From an uncultured bacterium (GTDB lineage: Bacteria; Bacillota_I; Bacilli_A; RF39; UBA660): a DNA stretch of 56,260 bases. The position numbers and the translations under genes were made by a program. Positions 8,048 through 17,915 of the stretch are shown in pieces. Below the pieces are notes generated by a model. It saw only the letters and a program-made list of their open reading frames with translations. It searched no databases and was not told where the DNA came from. The stretch covers positions 1 through 56,260 of the forward strand of contig CAUERX010000005.1 of the NCBI GenBank assembly GCA_959020415.1. Direction: 5' to 3'. Numbering within the stretch: the stretch's first letter is position 1; every line of letters starts with the position of its first letter.

Positions 8048-9850
8048 CTATTCAACAGTAACTGATTTAGCTAGATTTTTAGGTTTATCGATATCGCAGC
8101 CTTTTAATTTAGCACTTTCATAACCAATCAATTGTAGAGGGATACTAGCAATAATTGGATTAGTGAAGTCATTATTATCTGGGATAATAATTTTATTATC
8201 GATCCAGTCTAGATTTTCATCTAGTTTATCTGTAGTTATTAGAGTTATAAAAGCGCCTCTAGCTTTGACTTCTTTAATATTGCTGAAGGTTTTTTCAGCA
8301 ATGTTTTTGTCGGTAACAACAGCGATAACATTTGTCCCTTTGTTAATTAAAGAAATTGTGCCATGCTTTAATTCACCAGCAGGATAAGCCAAGGAGGTAA
8401 TATAGGAAATTTCTTTTAATTTTAAAGCGCCTTCTAGACATAAGGCATAATCAATTCCTCTTCCAATATAAAAGCAGTTTTCTTTTTTATAAATTGTTTT
8501 CGCAATTCCTTTATAATTTTCGTTAATAAGTGTTTCTAAAATAAGCGGGGTGCCTTCAAGGAAACTAATAATCTCTAAAGCTTTTTTGTCGCTAATTAAG
8601 TTTCGAGTATTACCAATTGTTAAAGCAATTAAGCTTAAAATTGTAATTTGGGCTAGATAAGCTTTAGTGGTTGCTACTGATATTTCAGGTCCAGCTTTAA
8701 TATAAATAGTTTTTGAAGCTTCTCTAGCTAAAGAAGAACCAATAACATTGACGATGGCTAAAGTATCTAAACCTAGTTCGTTAGCTTTTCTTAAACATGC
8801 AAGAGTGTCAGCGGTTTCTCCTGATTGTGAAATTAAAATAACTAAAGTATTTTCATCAGTAAAAACTTTTTGATATCTAAATTCAGAAGCTATATAAACA
8901 TCAGTCTTAATATTAGCGTATTTTTCAATTAGGTTTTTGCCAATTAATCCAGCGTGATAGGCGCTACCACAGCCTACGATAGTAATATTTGTGTATTTTT
9001 CAAAGTTTGGCATATTTTCTATTAAACTTTCTAAACCATATTTTAAAAATGGCTTAAGGGTGTGTTTAACAACTTCAGGTTCTTCGTGAATTTCTTTTAA
9101 CATAAAGTGATCATAGCCGTTTTTTTCTGCTTGGGTGATGCTACCTTCGAAAGTTAAAATTTCTTTATTAACTTTATCTAATTTATCATCATAGATATTA
9201 ACTTTATCACTAATTTTAATTATTTCATTGCTTTCAATTAATATATATTTATCTGTATATTTTAAAATAGCTGGAACGTCAGAAGCAATGAAATTTTCTT
9301 TGTCACTAATACCAATAATAAGTGGACTATCACGTCTAATTGCGTATAAAGAATTTGGTATATCATCGCAAAGTATACCTAAAGCATAGGAACCAATTAA
9401 AAGTTTTTTTATTTGAACTAAAACTTTTAAAATGTCTGGTTTTTCTTTGTATAGTTTATCTAAAAGGGCGGCAATAACTTCACTATCTGTTTCTGATTTG
9501 AATTTATAGCCGGATTTAACTAATAATTTTTTTAACGCTTCATAATTTTCAATAATTCCATTATGAACGATTGTAAATTTGCCTTGACGGTGAGGATGAG
9601 AATTTTTTTCGTCAGGGCGACCATGGGTGGCCCATCTGGTATGGCCAATACCAATATTGCCGTATACATCTTTTTTTAATTTACCTTCAAGATTTTTAAT
9701 TTTACCACTGGCTTTAATGATTTCAACGCGGTTGCAAGTACGATAAGCAATTCCAGCTGAATCATAACCACGATATTCTAAAGATTTTAAACCGTTCATT
9801 AAAACATTAATGGCGTTTTTATTTCCAACATAACCAATAATACCACACAT
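8048..9850 (-). CDS. glmS: glutamine--fructose-6-phosphate aminotransferase
   Basis: MCGIIGY N-terminal nucleophile, two SIS domains, C-terminal KSVTVE. Confidence 0.96.
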   Translation of the reverse strand: MCGIIGYVGNKNAINVLMNGLKSLEYRGYDSAGIAYRTCNRVEIIKASGKIKNLEGKLKKDVYGNIGIGHTRWATHGRPDEKNSHPHRQGKFTIVHNGIIENYEALKKLLVKSGYKFKSETDSEVIAALLDKLYKEKPDILKVLVQIKKLLIGSYALGILCDDIPNSLYAIRRDSPLIIGISDKENFIASDVPAILKYTDKYILIESNEIIKISDKVNIYDDKLDKVNKEILTFEGSITQAEKNGYDHFMLKEIHEEPEVVKHTLKPFLKYGLESLIENMPNFEKYTNITIVGCGSAYHAGLIGKNLIEKYANIKTDVYIASEFRYQKVFTDENTLVILISQSGETADTLACLRKANELGLDTLAIVNVIGSSLAREASKTIYIKAGPEISVATTKAYLAQITILSLIALTIGNTRNLISDKKALEIISFLEGTPLILETLINENYKGIAKTIYKKENCFYIGRGIDYALCLEGALKLKEISYITSLAYPAGELKHGTISLINKGTNVIAVVTDKNIAEKTFSNIKEVKARGAFITLITTDKLDENLDWIDNKIIIPDNNDFTNPIIASIPLQLIGYESAKLKGCDIDKPKNLAKSVTVE

Positions 9851-9896
9851 AATTATGTCTCCTTTCAGAAGTAGGTTTTTATCTATCCTTACTTAT

Positions 9897-9925
9897 ATTA
9901 TATAGAAAAGTTTGAAAAATGGCAA
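9897..9925 (-). promoter_or_regulatory. sigma-A-type promoter for glmS
   Basis: On the minus strand: TTGCCA, 17 nt spacer, TATAAT. This leaves a leader of only about 40 nt. Confidence 0.5.
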
Positions 9926-10010
9926 TAAATTTCATTTTGGACAAGGAAATCAAGCTTTCACCAGGTATGATACCTATAAAGACAAAAAGTCTTAGAAAGG
10001 TAAGGTGTTT

Positions 10011-10691
10011 ATGGAAATTTTAAATGTTTCAAATTTAACAAAAAAATATGGAAAGGATGAAAATTTAGTAAAAGCTGTTGATGATGTGAGTTTTAAAGTT
10101 CAAAAAGGTGAATTTGTTGCCATTGTTGGTCCAAGTGGTGGTGGAAAGAGTACACTTATTCATTTACTTGGTGGGGTAGATAAGCCTGATAATGGTAAAG
10201 TTTTAATTAATGGTGAAGATTTGTATGGATTAAAAGGGGATAGTTTAACTATTTTTAGAAGAAAGAATATTGGAATTATCTATCAGTTTTATAATCTGAT
10301 TCCCGTACTGACGGTTAAAGAAAATATTATTTTACCAGCGGTTTTAGATGGTAGAAAGATAATGGCTGATTATTTAGAAGAGCTAATTAAAACGCTTGAT
10401 TTAAAGGGAAGACTTAATTATTTGCCAAATGAAATTTCTGGAGGCCAGCAACAAAGATGTGCGATTGGAAGAGCTTTAATTAATCATCCTAAGTTGTTAC
10501 TCGCTGATGAACCTACGGGGAATTTGGATAGCAAGAATACGAAAACGGTGATGAAATTACTTAAATATTATAATGAAACTTATGGTCAGACGATTATTAT
10601 GGTTACTCATGATTTGAAGCTAGCTAAACAAGCCTCAAGAATTATTACCTTTGAGGATGGAAGAATTGTGGATGATAAAAATGTCCATTAG
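10011..10691 (+). CDS. ABC transporter ATP-binding protein (MacB/BceA-like)
   Basis: Walker A GPSGGGKST, signature SGGQQQR, Walker B LLLADEPT. Confidence 0.9.
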   Translation: MEILNVSNLTKKYGKDENLVKAVDDVSFKVQKGEFVAIVGPSGGGKSTLIHLLGGVDKPDNGKVLINGEDLYGLKGDSLTIFRRKNIGIIYQFYNLIPVLTVKENIILPAVLDGRKIMADYLEELIKTLDLKGRLNYLPNEISGGQQQRCAIGRALINHPKLLLADEPTGNLDSKNTKTVMKLLKYYNETYGQTIIMVTHDLKLAKQASRIITFEDGRIVDDKNVH

Positions 10692-12603
10692 AAATTTGTT
10701 TTATAATAAGAAAAGAACACTCATGATTATTTTTAGTATTTGTTTATCTTCAACTTTGCTTTTGATAATTAGTCTGCTTTTTTCAAGCGTTCACGATTTT
10801 ATGATCAAAGAGATTGTTAAAGATAAACCTTATCATGTTTTAATTAAAACAGAGGAGTTTAAGCAAACGGATTATATTAAATCGATATCTTATAAAAATG
10901 ATGAGGCCTTGATTCAATATAATGAAATTAAAGACACATATAGTAATACCGATTTACTTTGTCAAAAAATCAAATGTGATGAAGTTAAATATAATGATGC
11001 TTTATTATCTTTATATGGGCTTTCAAAAAAAGAAAATGTCCTTTCGAGCTTTAAAAGTTTATTAGTTACAGTTTTTTTAAATTTAGGTTTTGGCGTGTTT
11101 ATTTTAATTACTAATGCTTTTACAATTTCTTTATCAGAAAGAAAAAAACAAATTGGTATTTTAAGAAGTATGGGAATGACTAAATGGCAATTTATGAAGA
11201 TGAATTTAAAGGAAGTTTTAATTGTTTTAATAATAGGTTTAGTTATTTCTCTAATTTTTAGTTTTTGGTTGATACAGTTACTATTAGTGATTATTAATTA
11301 TCTGCTTAAGGATATTTTTACATCAAAGTTTGTTTTAACAATTTATATCCCATTTTTACTTATGGCTTTAGTATTTATTGTTTTTTTGGTAATAGGATCT
11401 AGTATTTGGCCAATGATAAGGTCTAGTAGGGTAAGTGTGATGAAAGCGATATGTGGGAATGATGATTTTAAAAATAAGAAATTACCAAATTGGACTAAGA
11501 AATTTGCGATAACTAGAAGATTAGCTTTTTATAATTATTATAGGTGTAAGCGAAAATATTTAGTTGTTACTTTTTGTATATTCATTAGTGTTTTATTATA
11601 TACTTCATTTAGTTTGTATCTAAGGTATGGTATTAATACAATAAATAGTTATAGTGAAACTCCAGATTATGATTTTGAAGTGATTGGTAATGGTAATGAG
11701 GAATCTGTATTAGCTTTAGATGACTTAGGCAAAAAATTTGAAAAACATAAATTAGTTAAAAGTTGCTTATTAAAAGGCAAAATTGCAATTGATAGTTATT
11801 TGGATAAAAATGATTATACGGATTCAAAACAGATTTTAATTGTTCAAAATAATGAAGAAAGAGTCATTAATCGATTAGTTGAAATTAATGAGAAAGACGG
11901 AAGACTGGTGAAGGATAATCGAAAATATTTGAAAAAAGAAGTATTAGTAGATGGATTAGAAAATGGGAAAATTAAAACTACTGATGAAATACCATGGGGA
12001 CTTAGGGAATTGCTTAATAAGGATAATGTTATTTTACTAACTGATAAGTTTGAACATTATTGTCCAGAATTTGGGGTTAATTTGTTTATCAAGGGTGATT
12101 CAGCTAAAGCCTTAGCTGAGCTTAAAAAAATGAAAAATATTGATGTTAGTTATGTTGATGTGAAAAAAGCTTTAAGATTAAAGGATAATTTGTTGTTAGT
12201 GATTAAGTTATGTTTATATGGAATAGTTGGTTTAGTCATTTTAGTTGGTTTTTCGTCAATTATTAATACAATGCATGCTAGTTTAAATTTACGAACTAAG
12301 GAATTTGGATTACTCTTTAGTATAGGACTTACTAAAAAACAATTAAACAAAATGCTTTTTTTTGAAAGTTTACTTATGCTTATTAAAGCTTTTGTACTAG
12401 TTTTTCCGTTTACTCTAATTGTAAATTATATTTTATATTATAGTGTTAATATGGTGTTTGAGGTTTCAATAATATGGCCTTTAAAAGAATTATTATTATC
12501 ATTTGTAGTTAGTTTATTCCTTATTTATTTGACGTTAAAAAGTATTTATAAAAGTTTTTACCATAGGGAAATTACTTCAATGATTTCAAGCGACAACGTT
12601 TGA
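10681..12603 (+). CDS. FtsX-family ABC permease, BceB-like architecture
   Basis: About 640 aa with two FtsX-type TM bundles and a large loop between them. MSIRNLFYNKKR is a typical N-terminus. The start overlaps the ATPase stop. Confidence 0.8.
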   Translation: MSIRNLFYNKKRTLMIIFSICLSSTLLLIISLLFSSVHDFMIKEIVKDKPYHVLIKTEEFKQTDYIKSISYKNDEALIQYNEIKDTYSNTDLLCQKIKCDEVKYNDALLSLYGLSKKENVLSSFKSLLVTVFLNLGFGVFILITNAFTISLSERKKQIGILRSMGMTKWQFMKMNLKEVLIVLIIGLVISLIFSFWLIQLLLVIINYLLKDIFTSKFVLTIYIPFLLMALVFIVFLVIGSSIWPMIRSSRVSVMKAICGNDDFKNKKLPNWTKKFAITRRLAFYNYYRCKRKYLVVTFCIFISVLLYTSFSLYLRYGINTINSYSETPDYDFEVIGNGNEESVLALDDLGKKFEKHKLVKSCLLKGKIAIDSYLDKNDYTDSKQILIVQNNEERVINRLVEINEKDGRLVKDNRKYLKKEVLVDGLENGKIKTTDEIPWGLRELLNKDNVILLTDKFEHYCPEFGVNLFIKGDSAKALAELKKMKNIDVSYVDVKKALRLKDNLLLVIKLCLYGIVGLVILVGFSSIINTMHASLNLRTKEFGLLFSIGLTKKQLNKMLFFESLLMLIKAFVLVFPFTLIVNYILYYSVNMVFEVSIIWPLKELLLSFVVSLFLIYLTLKSIYKSFYHREITSMISSDNV

Positions 12604-12673
12604 TGTAAAGACCTTCTAAAAAACTTTAAGCGAGAATATAATTATGGTATAATGGAAATAAGGATGTGATTAC

Positions 12674-13750
12674 ATGAGAGTAGTCGTAAGTGCTGGAGGA
12701 ACTGGTGGACATATTTATCCGGCGTTAGCTATTATCGATAAGATTAAGGAACAGGAACCTGATAGTGAATTTTTATATATCGGAACCCATAACCGAATGG
12801 AAAAGGATATTGTTCCCGCTCGAGGTATTCCTTTTAAATCGATCGAAATGTATGGTTTTAATAAAAAACATTTGATGAAAAATTTTAAAACCATTTCTTG
12901 TATTTTTAAAGGTTTTAAAGAATGCAAGAAAATGATTAAGGAATTTAACCCTGACGTTGTTATTGGCGTTGGCGGTTACGTAACAGTTCCTGTAATTATA
13001 AGTGCAAAAAAATTAGGTTATAAAACATTTATTCATGAACAAAATAGTATTCCAGGAAAGGCTAATCGGTATTTGGCTAAGTACTGTGATGCAATTGGAG
13101 TTTCTTTTGCTTCATCTATGGAATACTTGCCAAAAGAAAAAACATTTTTATCAGGAAATCCATGCAGTGAAAATGCAGTTAATGTGAAGGCTGTTACAAA
13201 AATGGAACTTGGACTTTCTGCTGCTAAGAAATTGGTTTTGATCGCAATGGGTTCTTTAGGTTCGTCTTCGATGAATCGTTATTTGATAAAAGAGCTTAAC
13301 AAATTTAAAAATAAAAAATATGAAGTTTTAATTGTTACAGGTAAAGCTAACTATGAGGAATTTATTAAAAACGAAATTCCTAGTAATGTTAAAGTTATCC
13401 CATTTTATGAGGGATTAACGAAAGTTATGAAGCGTACTGACTTAATGGTGTCAAGAGCTGGAGCTTCAACTTTAAGTGAAATCATTGCTTTAGAAGTACC
13501 AACTATTTTAATACCATCTCCGTTTGTTGCGAATAATCATCAATATATAAATGCGTTAGATTTGATAAATAATGAAGCAGCTTTAATGATTGAGGAAAAA
13601 GATTTAGATGGTGATATTCTGATTCAAAAAATTGACGAGGTTATCGATGATGATAAATGTTTAAGGAAAATGAAAGAAAACCTTAAAACATTGAAGGTTC
13701 CAGATAGTGCTTTACTTATTTATAATAAATTAAGAGAGATAATAAAATGA
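12674..13750 (+). CDS. murG: UDP-N-acetylglucosamine--LPS/undecaprenyl-PP-MurNAc-pentapeptide transferase MurG
   Basis: GGTGGHIYPALA motif, matching length, and position upstream of murB. Confidence 0.92.
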   Translation: MRVVVSAGGTGGHIYPALAIIDKIKEQEPDSEFLYIGTHNRMEKDIVPARGIPFKSIEMYGFNKKHLMKNFKTISCIFKGFKECKKMIKEFNPDVVIGVGGYVTVPVIISAKKLGYKTFIHEQNSIPGKANRYLAKYCDAIGVSFASSMEYLPKEKTFLSGNPCSENAVNVKAVTKMELGLSAAKKLVLIAMGSLGSSSMNRYLIKELNKFKNKKYEVLIVTGKANYEEFIKNEIPSNVKVIPFYEGLTKVMKRTDLMVSRAGASTLSEIIALEVPTILIPSPFVANNHQYINALDLINNEAALMIEEKDLDGDILIQKIDEVIDDDKCLRKMKENLKTLKVPDSALLIYNKLREIIK

Positions 13751-14616
13751 ACGGGCAATTTGGGTTAGAAATAGATAATGCGTTAATTAAGAACTACACA
13801 ACTTATAAGTTATCTGGTACAATTAAAAAGATAATTTTTCCAGATTCTATTTGCCAGTTGTTAAAATTACTGGAGTATTTAAAAATAAACCAAATTAAAT
13901 ATATGGTCGCTGGCTTTGGCTCTAACTTAGTTTTTATAAAAGACTATGATGGTGTAGTAATTAAGTTAGATAAATTAAATGAATTAAAGATTGATGGTAA
14001 TCTGGTAACGGTTGGAGCAGGATATAATTTAGTGAAACTGTCAATTAAGACGGCTAAATTAGGTCTTAGCGGCTTAGAGTTTGCTTCTGGTATTCCGGCA
14101 ACCGTCGGTGGAGCTATTTATATGAATGCTGGAGCTTATAAGTCTTATATGAGTGAAATTGTTAAAGAAATTACTGTTATCGATGACAATTTAGAATTAA
14201 AAAAAATAACTAATAAAGAGCTTAATTTTGGTTACCGAACTAGTTTGCTTAAAGAAAAAAAATATATTTGTGTTTCAGCAATGTTAGAATTACAACCTGG
14301 AGATAAAGAGGAAATTTTAAAGTTAATCAAAGAACGCAAGGAAAGACGTTTAAAATCTCAACCTCTTGAATTTCCTTCAGCAGGAAGTGTATTTCGTAAT
14401 CCTGAAGGTGATTATGCTGGAAGGTTAATTGAAGAACTAGGATTTAAAGGTAAAAAAGTCGGGGATGCAATGGTTAGTGAAAAACATGCTAATTTTATTG
14501 TTAATGTGGGGAATGCTAGCGGTGAAGATGTAAAAAAGCTAATTATAGAAATTCAAAACAAAGTTAAAGAAGTGTATGGAATTAAGCTAATAGTCGAACA
14601 AGAATTCATAGAATAA
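13747..14616 (+). CDS. murB: UDP-N-acetylenolpyruvoylglucosamine reductase
   Basis: FGSNLV, GGAIYMNAGAY and SAGSVFRNP motifs. ATGA overlap with murG. Confidence 0.92.
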   Translation: MNGQFGLEIDNALIKNYTTYKLSGTIKKIIFPDSICQLLKLLEYLKINQIKYMVAGFGSNLVFIKDYDGVVIKLDKLNELKIDGNLVTVGAGYNLVKLSIKTAKLGLSGLEFASGIPATVGGAIYMNAGAYKSYMSEIVKEITVIDDNLELKKITNKELNFGYRTSLLKEKKYICVSAMLELQPGDKEEILKLIKERKERRLKSQPLEFPSAGSVFRNPEGDYAGRLIEELGFKGKKVGDAMVSEKHANFIVNVGNASGEDVKKLIIEIQNKVKEVYGIKLIVEQEFIE

Positions 14617-14629
14617 AAGGTGATAGGGC

Positions 14630-15304
14630 ATGGCTAAAAAGAAGGTCAAGAAAAAAAAGGTAAAGGCAAAGAATGTTTTAGTGTTTTTAGTTATAGTGTT
14701 AATAGCAGCTTTAGGGGTTATGTATGTTTATAATTTAAAAATTACAAGTATTGTTGTTAAAGGAAATACTTTATATACAGACTGGCAAATTATTAAACTT
14801 GCTAATCTCGAAGAGTATCCAAGCAGTATGCAAAACTTATCGGGGATGATTAGCAGTAAACTCGAGAAAGATCCTTACATCAAAAAGGCAACCGTAAAAA
14901 AGAATTGGATTACTAATGTTGAAATCGATATTGAGGAAAATTTACCTTTATTTTATTATGTTCCTAATCAAAAAACGGTTTTAGCAGATAAAACTGAAAC
15001 AACTGATAATTTTCCGGTACCAACTTTAGTTAACTATGTACCAAACAAAATATATTCTGAATTTATTAAAGAGATGAATAATACTGATTATTCAATTGTT
15101 AAAAGAATTTCAGAAATTAAATATGATCCAAATGAAGTTGATGAAGAAAGATTTTTATTAACAATGAGTGATGGCAATTATGTTTATTTAACTTTGAATA
15201 AGTTTAATAAAATAAACCATTATTTAGATATTATTAAAGAGTTTAATAATAAAAAGGGCATATTATATTTAGATTCTGGAGAATATTTTAAAGTTATTGA
15301 GTAA
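14630..15304 (+). CDS. divIB: cell division protein DivIB/FtsQ
   Basis: Lys-rich N-terminus, one TM helix, POTRA-like region. Sits between murB and ftsA. Confidence 0.75.
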   Translation: MAKKKVKKKKVKAKNVLVFLVIVLIAALGVMYVYNLKITSIVVKGNTLYTDWQIIKLANLEEYPSSMQNLSGMISSKLEKDPYIKKATVKKNWITNVEIDIEENLPLFYYVPNQKTVLADKTETTDNFPVPTLVNYVPNKIYSEFIKEMNNTDYSIVKRISEIKYDPNEVDEERFLLTMSDGNYVYLTLNKFNKINHYLDIIKEFNNKKGILYLDSGEYFKVIE

Positions 15305-15506
15305 GAGCTTTTTGCTCTTTTTTGTTGTATTTTATAATTTAGATTATTAGTAATTATTATATAATGATTTAAAAAACTAAAGTATTTTTGTATTGCTTTT
15401 TTCTTTGGCTTATTTTTAAAGGATTTTTTGAACTTTTTTTGACATTTACTTTGCATTTTAGAAAAAATATAGTATAATTATAATAATACTGTAGGAGATG
15501 ATGGTA

Positions 15507-16748
15507 ATGGAGCACGTATACTCAAGCATTGACATTGGCAGCGATACTATCAAAATTGTGGTTTGTGAGCTATACAAGAACCATTTAAATCTGCTAGCGG
15601 CAACTTCTTCGCCGGCTAGGGGAATAAAAAAAGGTTTAATTGTTAACCCTAAAGAGGCCCAAGCTTCAATTGCCGAAGCTTTTAAAGATGTAGAAGATAT
15701 GCTCGGAATAGAAATTAAAAAGGTTATTGCTTCAGTACCTAGTTACCAAGCAGAATATAAAATTATTAAAGGTGAAACTACTGTTATTGGTGATACGATT
15801 ACAAGTAAGGATATGAATAATGCTTATAAAATAGGAATTAAGCAGGCTTTAAATCCTAATAATGAATTTGTAACAGTTATTCCAATTGATTTTAAAATTA
15901 ATGATAAAACAGTTATGAAGGATCCAAAAGACTTCCCAGGGGATAAACTGATGGGGCGCGCGATGATGGTAATGACGCCAAAGAAAAACGTTTATTCAGT
16001 GGCAAGTATACTGGAAAGTTTGGGAATTGAAATAGTCGATATTTCAGTTGGCAGTATTGGTGATATTAATAGCTTTAGAAATAAAGAGATTGATAATGAT
16101 ATAGGCGCTGTTATTAATGTTGGCAGTGAGGTTACAGCGGTAAGTTTGTATAATAAAGGAATACCTGTAAATACAAAAATTGTAGGTATGGGTGGAAAAG
16201 ATATCGATAATGATATTGCTTATATGTATAAAATTAATACAGTTGAAGCTAAGAAAGTAAAAGAAAAATTTGCTTTTGCAAATAGACAAAATGCGAATGT
16301 GAACGATGTTTATGAAACGACTAATTTAAATGGTCAAAAAGTTAAAATTAATCAATTAGAAGTTTCAGAAGTGGTTATGTGTAGAGTTCAAGAAATACTA
16401 TCTTTAGCAAAAAATGAAATTAACCTCTTAACAAATAGGCCAATTAAGTATATAATAATAACTGGTGGCGTTAGCAATGCACTAAATTTTGAATACACAG
16501 TACATGACGCACTTGGTTCAAATGCATATGTTGGCAAAATAAAATTGATTGGTGTTAGAAATAATAAATATAGTACAGCTTTAGGAAATATTATTTATTT
16601 TATAAATACACTAAAGTTAAAGGGGCAAGATTATACAATGCTTAGTAAAAGTGACATGGAAATTCTTTCATCACCGGATAAGCATTTCATAAATACGTCA
16701 AATGAAACAATGCTGGGTAAAGTATTTGGATACTTTTTCGGCGAATAG
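15507..16748 (+). CDS. ftsA: cell division protein FtsA
   Basis: Actin-fold [12 protein letters not shown] and ITGGVS motifs. ATG at 15507 has the best spacing from TAGGAG. Confidence 0.92.
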   Translation: MEHVYSSIDIGSDTIKIVVCELYKNHLNLLAATSSPARGIKKGLIVNPKEAQASIAEAFKDVEDMLGIEIKKVIASVPSYQAEYKIIKGETTVIGDTITSKDMNNAYKIGIKQALNPNNEFVTVIPIDFKINDKTVMKDPKDFPGDKLMGRAMMVMTPKKNVYSVASILESLGIEIVDISVGSIGDINSFRNKEIDNDIGAVINVGSEVTAVSLYNKGIPVNTKIVGMGGKDIDNDIAYMYKINTVEAKKVKEKFAFANRQNANVNDVYETTNLNGQKVKINQLEVSEVVMCRVQEILSLAKNEINLLTNRPIKYIIITGGVSNALNFEYTVHDALGSNAYVGKIKLIGVRNNKYSTALGNIIYFINTLKLKGQDYTMLSKSDMEILSSPDKHFINTSNETMLGKVFGYFFGE

Positions 16749-16759
16749 GAGGAAATTTA

Positions 16760-17821
16760 ATGTTTGGATTAGAAATGGATCAATTAGCGAAAATTAAGGT
16801 TATAGGAATTGGCGGTGGCGGTAATAACGCTGTTAATCGTATGATAGAATCAGGGGTACAAGCAGTAGAGTTTATTGTAGCTAATACTGATTCACAAGTT
16901 TTAAATAATTCACTTGCTGAAAAGAAAATTCAGATGGGTGAACAATTAACTAATGGACTTGGAGCTGGTGCCAATCCACAAATTGGTAAGGAAGCGGCTT
17001 TAGAGTCAAAAAATGAAATTGAAGAATCATTAAAAGATGCTGATATGGTATTTATTACCTGTGGAATGGGTGGTGGAACTGGAACGGGGGCCGCTCCAGT
17101 TGTGGCTGATATCGCGCAGAGCCAAGGTGCATTAACTGTTGGTATCGTAACAAAACCATTCTCATTTGAAGGTAAAAAGCGTATGGAACAAGCTTTAGAA
17201 GGAATTAAAGAATTAAAGAAGCATGTCGATACTTTAATCGTCGTTCCTAACGATAGATTAAGAGAAATTATTGACAAATCAACACCGTTATTAGATTCAT
17301 TCAAGGAAGTTGATAATGTATTGAGACGTGGTGTTCAATCTATTTCGGATTTAATTGCGGTAGCTGGATTAATCAACCTAGACTTTGCAGACGTTAGAGC
17401 GGTAATGGAAAAACGTGGCGATGCTTTAATTGGAATTGGTGCTGGTGTTGGAGAAGATAGAGCAGTAGAAGCAGCTAATCAAGCGGTATTAAGCCCACTT
17501 CTTGAAACTAGCATTGATGGTGCTACTGATGCGATTATCAATGTAACTGGTGGTCCAAACTTAACTTTATTTGAAGTTGAAGAGGCAGTAGAAGCAATTA
17601 GAAAATCAGCTAATACTGATATTAATACAATCTTTGGTGCAGTTATTAATGAAAATTTCACAGATGAAATTATTGTTACAGTAATTGCAACTGGATTTGA
17701 TGATAAGAACAAAGAGGTTCCTTCTCATGCAAGTAAGGAAGAGACTATCGATGTTTTATTAGATGATGATGATAGTGATGATACTGTTATTCCAGCATTC
17801 CTTAGAAAGAGAAATTTTTAA
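16760..17821 (+). CDS. ftsZ: cell division GTPase FtsZ
   Basis: [13 protein letters not shown] and [11 protein letters not shown] tubulin signature. Confidence 0.98.
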   Translation: MFGLEMDQLAKIKVIGIGGGGNNAVNRMIESGVQAVEFIVANTDSQVLNNSLAEKKIQMGEQLTNGLGAGANPQIGKEAALESKNEIEESLKDADMVFITCGMGGGTGTGAAPVVADIAQSQGALTVGIVTKPFSFEGKKRMEQALEGIKELKKHVDTLIVVPNDRLREIIDKSTPLLDSFKEVDNVLRRGVQSISDLIAVAGLINLDFADVRAVMEKRGDALIGIGAGVGEDRAVEAANQAVLSPLLETSIDGATDAIINVTGGPNLTLFEVEEAVEAIRKSANTDINTIFGAVINENFTDEIIVTVIATGFDDKNKEVPSHASKEETIDVLLDDDDSDDTVIPAFLRKRNF

Positions 17822-17822
17822 A

Positions 17823-17845
17823 GAATAGAATAATCTATTCTTTTT
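17823..17845 (+). terminator. Rho-independent terminator after ftsZ
   Basis: GAATAGA-ataa-TCTATTC plus T-run. Confidence 0.7.
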
Positions 17846-17915
17846 ATTTGCGCTTCTCATAAATATGTGTTATAGTTAGTTGTCAGGTTTTAAACCTTGT
17901 TAGAAAGAAGAATAC

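Noticed and set aside
16930-17712. Antisense ORFs inside ftsZ (16930..17304 -, 17479..17712 -). Similar shadow ORFs lie inside other genes, including 350..571, 2041..2283, 6747..7142, 8163..8387, 12150..12350, 12715..12927, 16044..16289, 19102..19470, 24710..25006, 29092..29346, 30050..30476, 32191..32562, 33082..33363, 33923..34184, 34702..35055, 39606..39845, 41197..41535, 42574..42756, 44377..44643 and 55729..55950.
   Set aside because: Each lies wholly within, or largely overlaps, a confidently identified gene on the other strand or in another frame. They have low-complexity composition and no RBS.
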